Of a stretch of DNA of 64,000 nucleotides, positions 18,516 through 27,397 are shown in pieces. Every line of letters starts with the position of its first letter. Position 1 is the first letter of the stretch. The stretch spans positions 72 through 64,071 of the forward strand of contig JAQWTJ010000004.1 in NCBI GenBank assembly GCA_029242765.1, written 5' to 3'. The stretch comes from Flavobacteriales bacterium (lineage in GTDB: Bacteria > Bacteroidota > Bacteroidia > Flavobacteriales_D > Sanyastnellaceae). Under the pieces are notes generated by a model. It was given only the letters and a program-made list of their open reading frames with translations. It made no database searches and had not been told where the DNA came from. The position numbers and the translations under genes are program-made.

Positions 18516-21404
18516 ATGCCTCAGGCCGTTTCCACCTCTTCAACCATTGAGATTCGCGGTGCTCGCCAGCACAATTTGAAGGGCGTCGACGTCGACCTGC
18601 CTCACGGCAAGCTTACGGTGATTACGGGATTGAGCGGGTCAGGCAAGTCATCGCTCGCCTTTGATACGCTCTACGTGGAGGGCCGGCGACGTTATATAGA
18701 AAGCCTGTCGGCATACGTCCGGCAGTTTGCCGGAAAACTCGAGAAGCCACTGGTTGACCGCATAGACAACCTCTCCCCGGCCATTGCCTTAGAACAACGG
18801 GTGAGTTCGAGAAGCAGCCGCTCGACCGTGGGGACAGCCACAGAGATTTATGACCACTTCAAGATGTTGTTTGCCCGGATTGGCGATACGATTTCACCGG
18901 TGTCGGGCGAGACTGTGAAGCGGCACAGTACACGCGATGTGCTGGCGTGCGTAGAAAATTGGGGTCCCGGTGCACGTTTTTACGTGTGTGCACCGGTGTG
19001 CTTGCCAGAAGGCCGAACGTTGAAAACGCAACTTGAAGTCTGGCAGCAACAGGGGCTGGTTCGCTTGTGGCGTGGCGGAGCAACAGAAGTTGAGGGCGGC
19101 GCGGCCGACGTTGAAATCGAGGCGGCGGGTGGCGAGACGATGCGCATCGACGATCTGCTGGAGCGGAGCGAGAAGGCGTTGAAGGAGATGGATACCGAGG
19201 GGTTGATGCTGGTGCTCGATCGGTTGGCGAGGCCAGAGGGCAAGGTGATCGAGGGCGAGGAAAAGAACGAGGGCGAGAATTTTTGGGGGCGACTGGGCGA
19301 CTCGGTGGAGACTGCTTTTTTTGAGGGGGCGGGCAGCTGCACCTTGGTGGAACACCAAAGCAGCACGCACCACAGCTTCAATGCAAGATTCGAACTGGAC
19401 GGCTTGACATTCATTGAGCCAACTCCAAACCTGTTCAGCTTCAATAACCCCGCGGGGGCCTGTCCGAAATGTGAGGGCTTCGGCCAGGTGATTGGCATCA
19501 GCGAGAGCCTGGTTGTTCCTCAGCAAAGCAAGTCAGTGTATGACGGGGCCATTGCGCCATGGCGGGGGGAGAAAGTCCAGCGTTGGAAAAACAAATTGAT
19601 TGAATGCGCGCATGAATTTGACTTTCCTGTGCACACGCCGTACAACGAATTGAGCGATGGCCAAAAGCTCCTGATTTGGGAAGGCAATAAATGGTTCAGA
19701 GGGGTGAATTCCTTTTTTGCAAAACTTGAGGCGAAAGGCTATAAAATTCAAAACCGCGTAATGCTCTCGCGCTTCAGAGGGCGGACACCATGCCGAGATT
19801 GCAATGGAACCAGGCTTCGCCAGGAGGTTAAATATGTACAGATTGCCGGGCGAAGCCTTCCTGAACTCGTGCAAATGCCATTGGACACGCTGGCCAGCAC
19901 GATGACCGAAGTCCGGCAGGGATTAGGTGAGACGCAGACAGCTGTGGCCGGGCGACTGCTCGACGAGATTGACTTCCGCTTGCAGTACTTACTGGATGTG
20001 GGGTTGAGTTATTTGACATTGGGAAGGGCCTCCTCCACCCTCTCCGGAGGTGAATCCCAACGCATCCAGCTGAGCACGAGCTTGGGCAGCAGCTTGGTGG
20101 GGAGCACGTACGTTCTAGACGAGCCCAGCATCGGCCTGCACCCGCTGGACACGGACCGACTAATTGGCGTATTGCGCGGACTGGTCAATCTCGGCAACAC
20201 GGTGGTCGTCGTGGAGCATGAAGAGGGGATTATTCGTGCTGCAGACTGCATCGTCGACATGGGGCCGCTGGCCGGATCACAGGGCGGACAAGTCGTGTTT
20301 GCAGGCGACTTTGAGTCCTTGCTCGCCGCAAGCGGTTCGCTCACCTCCGACTATTTACTTGGCCGCAAGCGCATCACCCCCCCCACAACTCGACGACCGG
20401 GCTGCGGCACCATCAAAGTCGAAGGAGTTCGAGCGCACAACCTACAAAACGTCACGGCCGATTTTCTGTTGGGTGGCCTCAATGCCGTGACAGGCGTTAG
20501 CGGAAGCGGCAAGAGCACCTTGGTCTCGGAAGTTCTGCTGCCGCACCTTCAAGCCCTGCTCAATCAACACGGGAAGAAACCCATGGCGAGCGATGGTTTG
20601 TCGGGGGATGTTCACTTTATCAAAGCTGTAGAATGGGTCGATCAAAACCCCATTGGCAAGAGTTCACGATCAAACCCCGCCACCTACGTCAAAGCTTTCG
20701 ATGAAGTGCGGAAGATATTCTCCAAGCAAAACACGGCGCGCGTTCGGGGGTACAAACCGGCCATGTTTTCGTTCAACACCAAAGGCGGCCGTTGCGAGAA
20801 TTGTGAGGGCGAGGGGCAAGTGACCGTCGGGATGCAATTCATGGCGGACGTGACGCTGCAATGCGAGATGTGCGGTGGGCGTCGATTCTCAGATGAAGTG
20901 CTGGAAGTGCAGTACAAGGGCTGTTCCATCCACGACGTGCTAGAGATGACCGTCGCCGATGCCGTACAGTTCTTTAATGAAGAACGGGTTCTGGTTCGAC
21001 GCCTGGAGCCGCTTTTGGACGTTGGGCTAGGCTATGTGCGGATGGGACAACCTTCGAGCACCCTATCAGGCGGTGAAGCCCAACGCATAAAGCTGGCCTC
21101 CTTCCTCTCCCGCAGCGGACGCAAGGAGCACACCCTTTTCATCTTTGACGAACCCACCACTGGCTTGCATTTCCACGATGTAGCCGTCTTGTTAAAGGCC
21201 TTTGATGAGCTGATTGCATGCGGCCACACTGTTTTATGCGTGGAACACAACCTCGATGTGATTGCATTGGCCGATCACGTGATCGACCTCGGGCCTGGCG
21301 GCGGGGTGCACGGCGGCCGCGTGGTTGCACAAGGCACACCCGAACAAATTGTCGCAAACGCGCAATCCGTTACAGGAACATTTTTAAAAGATAAACTCAG
21401 CTGA
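18516..21404 (+). CDS. uvrA: excinuclease ABC subunit A (UvrA family)
   Basis: IEIRGARQHNLKGVDVDLP, two Walker A motifs (GLSGSGKSS, GVSGSGKST), two LSGGE signatures, and zinc-finger Cys pairs (CPKCEGFG, CENCEGEG...CEMCGG). ATG at 18516. Confidence 0.88.
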   Translation: MPQAVSTSSTIEIRGARQHNLKGVDVDLPHGKLTVITGLSGSGKSSLAFDTLYVEGRRRYIESLSAYVRQFAGKLEKPLVDRIDNLSPAIALEQRVSSRSSRSTVGTATEIYDHFKMLFARIGDTISPVSGETVKRHSTRDVLACVENWGPGARFYVCAPVCLPEGRTLKTQLEVWQQQGLVRLWRGGATEVEGGAADVEIEAAGGETMRIDDLLERSEKALKEMDTEGLMLVLDRLARPEGKVIEGEEKNEGENFWGRLGDSVETAFFEGAGSCTLVEHQSSTHHSFNARFELDGLTFIEPTPNLFSFNNPAGACPKCEGFGQVIGISESLVVPQQSKSVYDGAIAPWRGEKVQRWKNKLIECAHEFDFPVHTPYNELSDGQKLLIWEGNKWFRGVNSFFAKLEAKGYKIQNRVMLSRFRGRTPCRDCNGTRLRQEVKYVQIAGRSLPELVQMPLDTLASTMTEVRQGLGETQTAVAGRLLDEIDFRLQYLLDVGLSYLTLGRASSTLSGGESQRIQLSTSLGSSLVGSTYVLDEPSIGLHPLDTDRLIGVLRGLVNLGNTVVVVEHEEGIIRAADCIVDMGPLAGSQGGQVVFAGDFESLLAASGSLTSDYLLGRKRITPPTTRRPGCGTIKVEGVRAHNLQNVTADFLLGGLNAVTGVSGSGKSTLVSEVLLPHLQALLNQHGKKPMASDGLSGDVHFIKAVEWVDQNPIGKSSRSNPATYVKAFDEVRKIFSKQNTARVRGYKPAMFSFNTKGGRCENCEGEGQVTVGMQFMADVTLQCEMCGGRRFSDEVLEVQYKGCSIHDVLEMTVADAVQFFNEERVLVRRLEPLLDVGLGYVRMGQPSSTLSGGEAQRIKLASFLSRSGRKEHTLFIFDEPTTGLHFHDVAVLLKAFDELIACGHTVLCVEHNLDVIALADHVIDLGPGGGVHGGRVVAQGTPEQIVANAQSVTGTFLKDKLS

Positions 21405-21410
21405 AGCTGG

Positions 21411-22034
21411 TCACTCCCCTCCGAAAGAGAAGGGAATCCCGCGGGCATCAATCACGTCGAACTGCTCCTCCCCTGGAGCACCCGTGGTGCGTGTGCGACC
21501 GTGCACGTTCAGCATGCCTGAAACGACCCCCTCGGTGGTGAGCTGCATGATCAGAATGCGACCGCGTTCATCGGCTTGGGCTTGCAACATATCGGGCGTT
21601 ACAAACCACGCCCCATTGTCGCTAAAAATGCGCCCGCCTTCAGTGAACCCGCTGAAATCAATCATGAAACCGGTCAAGGCGTTCATGTAGTTGTCCTCAA
21701 AACCAATGGTCACCCAGCTGTCGTAGCGAAGTTCTTCATTGGCAAGCGCCACATCACGCTTGGTGTCCTTGGAGAGGTCTCCCCCCAGTGGGCTCTGGTA
21801 AAAAGGTTTGGTGCTTTCCACGACGAGGACATCCTCCCCGTCACCGAACACGGCGTCGAGGATGTCACCCTCGCTTTCCATAACCACGTACACACGGTAG
21901 GTCGTGCCCGGCACAACACCGTGGTTGTCAATGGCCTCGACTTCGAGTGTCTTGTATTGGCCTAAAGCAGAGGTGGAAACTAAGCAGGTTGCAGCAAGTA
22001 AAACGGCCACAAAAAGGTGAGAAAAGTGCTTCAT
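21411..22034 (-). CDS. secreted protein made of one copy of an unnamed domain (TYRVY...DSWVTIG...GRILIMQLTTEG)
   Basis: Signal peptide MKHFSHLFVAVLLAATCLVSTSALGQ. The remaining ~180 aa align with domains in the products of 23061..26195, 55483..57795 and 58014..59732. Confidence 0.6.
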   Translation of the reverse strand: MKHFSHLFVAVLLAATCLVSTSALGQYKTLEVEAIDNHGVVPGTTYRVYVVMESEGDILDAVFGDGEDVLVVESTKPFYQSPLGGDLSKDTKRDVALANEELRYDSWVTIGFEDNYMNALTGFMIDFSGFTEGGRIFSDNGAWFVTPDMLQAQADERGRILIMQLTTEGVVSGMLNVHGRTRTTGAPGEEQFDVIDARGIPFSFGGE

Positions 22035-22066
22035 AGAATTGGGAGAATAGTGAAAGTTCGACAAAA

Positions 22067-23056
22067 TCAATTGCGAATGATCCAGCCGCGATCAAGAATA
22101 CGTCCGCCAAGATTTCGGCTGTTGAAGCCGCCAGCTTGTCGAGCTAAGAAATAAGAAATGGTAATTTCATGCGTGTGCGGAGACAAGCGCCCCACATCGC
22201 TAGTGGTCAAATCATAGCTGTAGGTAACTCTCACATCGTTTGATCCGCCCCCTATGGAGAGCACGATGGCGTCGCTCTGGCGGAAGCCAATGCCGCCCCA
22301 CAGCATATCGCGGTAGGACAAGTTCAAGTACGCGTCGAGTTGAGCGGGCGTGATGCCCGTAAAACGCGCCACAGCAGCAGGCTTAAAAGTGAATTCGTTG
22401 TTGATGAGGTAACGGTAATGGCCCATCAATAGGTAGTGGCGAATGAGTCGATTGCGTTGATCCGTCGGCTCTGAATCCCAACCGATTGCGTTTTGCATCA
22501 AGTTCGGAATAGCCATTCCGAAGGCGTAGTTCTTGCCGAAAACCATCATCCCGAAGCGCGCATCGGCTGTGAAGCTAGTCTCCAAGGCCCCCGTAAGCGC
22601 GGGATCATTGTCCTCCCAGACCTCCAAATCGCGGCCATCAAAGCTCAACTGCTGCGCCAGCAAGCCCAAGCCGAAGGACACGGCATCCTGGTTGTTCAAG
22701 TCCAGCGTATACGTGCCGGTCAGTTCCACACCCGTACGGCTCATCGCACCACCCATGTCGTCTTGCTCGAGCACGATGCCCGCACCGAAACGGTTGGGCA
22801 AGCCCATGGCAGCCGATATCGAAAAGGTCGTCGGAGCTCCGTCAAAGCCAGCCCACTGGTTTCGGTAGTTGGCCGAAGTAAAGGTTCCAGGCTGGATGCC
22901 AGCCATGGCCGGATTGAGCAGAAATGGATTGTGGATGAACTGCGAACGCCGAGGAACTTGTTGTGCGTTGACGTCGGTTGTAAAAAGGCCGAACGCACCT
23001 ATAGCGCACACCATACAAAGCAGCGCTGCAAAAGAGGAAGTCTTATTCAATCGCAT
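22067..23056 (-). CDS. PorP/SprF family type IX secretion system membrane protein
   Basis: RRSQFIHNPFLLNPAMAGI...ANYRNQWAGFDGAPTTF matches the PorP/SprF signature. The gene lies 4 bp downstream of a type B CTD adhesin gene, which is the canonical pairing. Confidence 0.85.
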   Translation of the reverse strand: MRLNKTSSFAALLCMVCAIGAFGLFTTDVNAQQVPRRSQFIHNPFLLNPAMAGIQPGTFTSANYRNQWAGFDGAPTTFSISAAMGLPNRFGAGIVLEQDDMGGAMSRTGVELTGTYTLDLNNQDAVSFGLGLLAQQLSFDGRDLEVWEDNDPALTGALETSFTADARFGMMVFGKNYAFGMAIPNLMQNAIGWDSEPTDQRNRLIRHYLLMGHYRYLINNEFTFKPAAVARFTGITPAQLDAYLNLSYRDMLWGGIGFRQSDAIVLSIGGGSNDVRVTYSYDLTTSDVGRLSPHTHEITISYFLARQAGGFNSRNLGGRILDRGWIIRN

Positions 23057-23060
23057 GGTT

Positions 23061-26000
23061 TCAGTACTTCAAGGTGACCGTTCCAGTGAGGGGCTCCATG
23101 CCCGACTCAACCGTGATAACGTAATAGTAATCGGCGGCCGGTAAAGGCGACCCGTTCATTGTTCCGTCCCACCAAGCGCGGGCTTGGACAGACCTGAAGA
23201 CCAATTGGCCCCATCGATTGTAAACGGTCACTTCGGATCCGGGGAAAAATTCTAATCCTCCCACAACCCACAAGTCGTTGATGCCATCCCCGTTGGGGGT
23301 CAAGGCATCCGCAACGAACAGGCAGTCCTCGGTCGGTTCAACAGTCGCTAAAAATCCCAGGGTGCAGCCGATATCGTCTGTCACCACCAAACTATACGTG
23401 TCCTCTGGCAGACCAATCGCCGTTGCCGAAACTTGGGCCAAAGCATCGCTCCATTGATATTGGATCGGGTATTGACCTCCTGTGACAGCAGCAGTGGCCG
23501 TGCCATCAGCTGTTTGCCAACAACTCACCGGCGAGGTGAACACCTCGACGACCATGTCCGTTTCAATGTCGGCAATCACCACCAACACGGAGTCCACCGT
23601 ACAGCCGAGACTGTCCGAGCCGGAAATGGCGTACTCTCCTTCAAATAAATTGAGCAAGTCGACGACTCCCTCATTGAAGACCCATTCCGTAGGCCCAGTG
23701 CCTCCTACTGTAGCAATAATAGCCACCCCGTCGTCCATACCCGTACAGGTTACATTTTGAACAGCGATGTCGAACACCAGCGGTTCCGGCTCAACCACCG
23801 ACACCATAAGCGAGTCTGAACACCCATTCTCATCCTCTACATACAGGGCATAGGATTGCGCACAAAGGTTGATTAACGCATTGGGAGAAATGGCCGTTGA
23901 ATCCGTCACAGCGTCCAGGTACAATTGCAATGCCCCTGTGCCCCCACTGCTAGCCACTTCAATCGCTCCAGTGCATTCCGCACCACAATCCAAATCATCC
24001 ACATTGACCGCCTCAAGCAGGACCTGCTCTGGCTCTAGCACAACGATTTCCAAACTATCAATGCACCCCAAGCTATCTCCCACCGTCAGCATCAGGGTGT
24101 CGCCAGGCAAGCCCATCAGGGTGTCTGGCAATGCAAAGACAAAGGGCGAAATGAGCGAAAGTGCTCCGCTGCCGCCTGTGGCATTCACAATCACCGATGC
24201 ATCACCAGCCCCAAGGCAGGACACCGGCGTGATGGTCGGCGTAATGACAATTGCACCGGGCTCCACCACAGTCGCCTCAACTGGGTCGCTTGCACAGCCC
24301 AGTGAATCAACCACAAACACTTGATAGAACCCTGCGGGCACATTGAAGCAATCCTCTTCTTGGCCGCCAGCTGGTAAGGGCACAAGTTCTGCAGTCAACG
24401 GGCCCGTTCCACCCACCAAGTCGGTCACGCAGATGGAACCGGCTGCTGCGCCTGAGCACGACACATTTGTCACATCGACTGAAAAGAAAATCGTATCCGG
24501 TCCAGAAATACTCAAAGTGTCCACCACATTACACAGGAAGGCGTCAGCGGTCATATGGATGTAGTCCCCAGGGCAGAGTAAGCCCGGGTTAACCTCGTTG
24601 CCGTCGAGGTCCGTCACGGTGATGACGTAAGGCAATTCGCCCCCCACGATATCCGCGAGCAACAAGCCATTGCATTGGCCTGCACACTCTACATTACTCA
24701 AGGCATAGCTCACATTCAAGCCCTCCGGCTCGATAATCACGAGCTGCTCGGAAGCCGTGCAGCCGTTAATGTCCACAAGATCGAAGGTATAGGTGCCACT
24801 CGGCAAATTATCCAGTGCGTACTCGATAGGCGCAGAACCGGAAATTTCATTGGCCAATTCAACCAATGTCAATGTCAATTGCCCCGTACCTCCCGAAGCC
24901 GATGCCGCAACTGAAGCATCCGCGTATCCAGTGCACGTCACCTCCGTAGCCGAAGCGTCAAGGACCAACTCCTCGGGACAAGAGATCACGATGGAGGTGT
25001 CACTCACGCATAAATTCTCGTCCGTCACTGACACGGTGTACGTTCCGTCACCGAGAAAGCAAGACAAGTCTGAAAAGCACCCGTCGGTCGGCCCCAAATC
25101 CAAGCCTACATCGTGGTGTGCATTGAAAGCAAGGGCACCGGTGCCGCCCGTGGCTTCGGCACAAATTTGTGCGATATCCGAACCACCGCACAAATTATCC
25201 TGTACTAAAGTCACTGACAAATCCAGAAGCGGGGGCTCCACAAAACTAAAAACCTCCGTCGTGTCTCGGCAACCGTTGTCCACATCCACGATGGCCACAA
25301 AAAACTCACCCTCGGGCAACACGATGGTGTCATCACCAGATTGTTGAGAGAACAAGGTGGTGTCGCCGTCAATTTCAAAGACGGTGTACTCAATCGATTC
25401 TGGGAAGGCCCCGTCGCCGATTAGCACCTCAGCGGAATCCCCATTGCAAGCGATGGGCTGCAAAACCGTGACTTCAGGATCGATGAGTTGGGCACAAAAA
25501 TCCGTGACTTGGTAAATTCCGTCGGTGCAGCGAATATTCAATTGACCGCCGCCGGCAGGAACACCTTCCGGCCAGTAATTGACACATAATTGAAGTTCAA
25601 AGGTGCTGCACGTGGTAATCTGGCCCACCAAAATGCGCAGGTCCGCACCGGTAATTGAACCGGGGTCAGGAGGCGTGGTAAAAATGGCTTGGTCAGGAAT
25701 TTGCGTCGTGCAAATATTGTCAGGCAAAGCCAGCAATGATCCATAGCCAGGCGTGGAAGAAAGCGAACTGCCTTGAAGGTTGTCCGTCGCCCCGATGGTC
25801 CACCACGTGTCGTAGGCCAGTTCAGGAAAGGCTGGAACCAGGGGGGCGTTGATGCTAGAGCCCAGATTGCTACCCAAAACATTGTTGTAACATCCGCAGG
25901 CCGCGTTGTAAAAGAACGGCGGGATCGGCTCCCCGGCGGCATCGTCCGCCGCAATGGCTCGCACTTCATCGGCGGGATCGTCCATAATGGCGTAAATCTT

Positions 26001-26195
26001 GTAGCGTCGAAATCCGGCTGGAATGTCTGCGTAACCGTCATACAGCACCGTGTCCTGCACGACCTCCAGGTCGAGGTCGTACTCAATCTGAGCTGTCAAC
26101 GGGGCCGAGAAGCCGAGCGTCAGAACGGCCAGAAACAGGCCGAGCAAGTGGCTGACCGAATTCGTATAGTGCACAGGGCAATTTTGCATAGCCAT
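23061..26195 (-). CDS. SprB-repeat cell-surface adhesin with T9SS type B (gliding-motility-associated) C-terminal domain
   Basis: The C-terminus LTPNGDGINDLWVVGGLEFFPGSEVTVYNRWGQLVF...WDGT...LPAADYYYVI fits the type B CTD. The body has about 10 Cys-containing SprB-like repeats (VSCLGAGDASVIVNATGGSGAL, VTCTGMDDGVAIIATVGGTGP...). ATG candidates are at 26195 and 26189, followed by a signal peptide. Confidence 0.85.
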   Translation of the reverse strand: MAMQNCPVHYTNSVSHLLGLFLAVLTLGFSAPLTAQIEYDLDLEVVQDTVLYDGYADIPAGFRRYKIYAIMDDPADEVRAIAADDAAGEPIPPFFYNAACGCYNNVLGSNLGSSINAPLVPAFPELAYDTWWTIGATDNLQGSSLSSTPGYGSLLALPDNICTTQIPDQAIFTTPPDPGSITGADLRILVGQITTCSTFELQLCVNYWPEGVPAGGGQLNIRCTDGIYQVTDFCAQLIDPEVTVLQPIACNGDSAEVLIGDGAFPESIEYTVFEIDGDTTLFSQQSGDDTIVLPEGEFFVAIVDVDNGCRDTTEVFSFVEPPLLDLSVTLVQDNLCGGSDIAQICAEATGGTGALAFNAHHDVGLDLGPTDGCFSDLSCFLGDGTYTVSVTDENLCVSDTSIVISCPEELVLDASATEVTCTGYADASVAASASGGTGQLTLTLVELANEISGSAPIEYALDNLPSGTYTFDLVDINGCTASEQLVIIEPEGLNVSYALSNVECAGQCNGLLLADIVGGELPYVITVTDLDGNEVNPGLLCPGDYIHMTADAFLCNVVDTLSISGPDTIFFSVDVTNVSCSGAAAGSICVTDLVGGTGPLTAELVPLPAGGQEEDCFNVPAGFYQVFVVDSLGCASDPVEATVVEPGAIVITPTITPVSCLGAGDASVIVNATGGSGALSLISPFVFALPDTLMGLPGDTLMLTVGDSLGCIDSLEIVVLEPEQVLLEAVNVDDLDCGAECTGAIEVASSGGTGALQLYLDAVTDSTAISPNALINLCAQSYALYVEDENGCSDSLMVSVVEPEPLVFDIAVQNVTCTGMDDGVAIIATVGGTGPTEWVFNEGVVDLLNLFEGEYAISGSDSLGCTVDSVLVVIADIETDMVVEVFTSPVSCWQTADGTATAAVTGGQYPIQYQWSDALAQVSATAIGLPEDTYSLVVTDDIGCTLGFLATVEPTEDCLFVADALTPNGDGINDLWVVGGLEFFPGSEVTVYNRWGQLVFRSVQARAWWDGTMNGSPLPAADYYYVITVESGMEPLTGTVTLKY

Positions 26196-26377
26196 AGGTG
26201 TCAAGGGCGCGCAAAATAATGCATTTGCAGGGGACGCTCCCGATGAAATATCGCGACCTGGGCCGATGGGGTTGCATGCAACAAGCATAATGTGTATAAA
26301 CAGTTGATTACGTACGCCTTACGAGAGAGTAGAAATGTGCAACGTTTTCTGCTGCATCGCGTATTTGTTGTGTAGCT

Positions 26378-27388
26378 ATGATTTTTGGTTCTGACAATCG
26401 CGACATGACCGCCCACCCGGGGCCGTTTTCAAAGTTTCCGTCGCCGCCTACGCCGAATTACAGACGCAGGCAAACGTGGGCGGCGCACCCCGAACACAAG
26501 CCGTTGATGGCTTGGCCTGCAGGCGCCTCACATGTGCCATCGGCAGCCGGCTTTGGCGAGGCTGTAGCGGACGTGTTTTTCATTCACCCCACAACATTCC
26601 GTGGGATGGACCAGCCGTGGAATGCGGCGTGGGATGATGCCGAGATCTCAGCCGTAACCGACGCATGGCCCATCAAGCATCAGGCGAGCCTGTACCGAAG
26701 TGTAGGGCGCGTCTTCGCACCGCGATACCGTCAGGCTCATTTGAGAACATTCTATTTACGTGGCGAAGATTCAATGGCCGCTTTAGAACTTGCATATGAC
26801 GACGTGCGCAGGGCCTTCATCAGTTTTTTGAGCAATATTTCGAAAGAAGGGCCCATCGTGATAGCGGGCCACAGCCAAGGCTCCTTCCACGGGGTTCGCA
26901 TTTTACAGGAGTTCTTCGACGGCACACCATTGCAGTCTAGGCTTGTGGCAGCCTACCTTCCGGGCTACCCGATTCCGGGCGACTCCTTTCACAGCATTCA
27001 ATTTGCCGACGCCCCCGGGCAAGTGGGGCGCGTCCACAGCTGGATGACCTTCGCCGAGGGCTTCACGCCCGACTTTCACGCTTCACACATTGCCGGCAGC
27101 ACCAGCATCCACCCCATACTATTCAGGACAGAGCCCGACGTCTGGAACAATTGGGATATGCACCACGGCGTACTCACCAGAAAATTCAAGCTCCGACACA
27201 AAGGCTCGATATCAGCTGCTATTCACGACGGCATGGTGTGGATCAAGCCGATGAGAATAATGTTGGGGCCCTTGCTGCGACTGAAGAATTGGCATGTGGC
27301 CGACGTGAACCTGTTTTGGGAGAACATCCGCATAAACCTGCATGACCAAATCCATATGCACCATCAATTGCAGCAGAGAAAGCCTTAA
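26378..27388 (+). CDS. alpha/beta-hydrolase-like protein (DUF3089-like)
   Basis: DVFFIHPTTF near the N-terminus and the nucleophile-elbow-like IAGHSQGS. The size and layout resemble DUF3089 lipase-like proteins. Confidence 0.55.
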   Translation: MIFGSDNRDMTAHPGPFSKFPSPPTPNYRRRQTWAAHPEHKPLMAWPAGASHVPSAAGFGEAVADVFFIHPTTFRGMDQPWNAAWDDAEISAVTDAWPIKHQASLYRSVGRVFAPRYRQAHLRTFYLRGEDSMAALELAYDDVRRAFISFLSNISKEGPIVIAGHSQGSFHGVRILQEFFDGTPLQSRLVAAYLPGYPIPGDSFHSIQFADAPGQVGRVHSWMTFAEGFTPDFHASHIAGSTSIHPILFRTEPDVWNNWDMHHGVLTRKFKLRHKGSISAAIHDGMVWIKPMRIMLGPLLRLKNWHVADVNLFWENIRINLHDQIHMHHQLQQRKP

Positions 27389-27397
27389 CTTTAGTGC

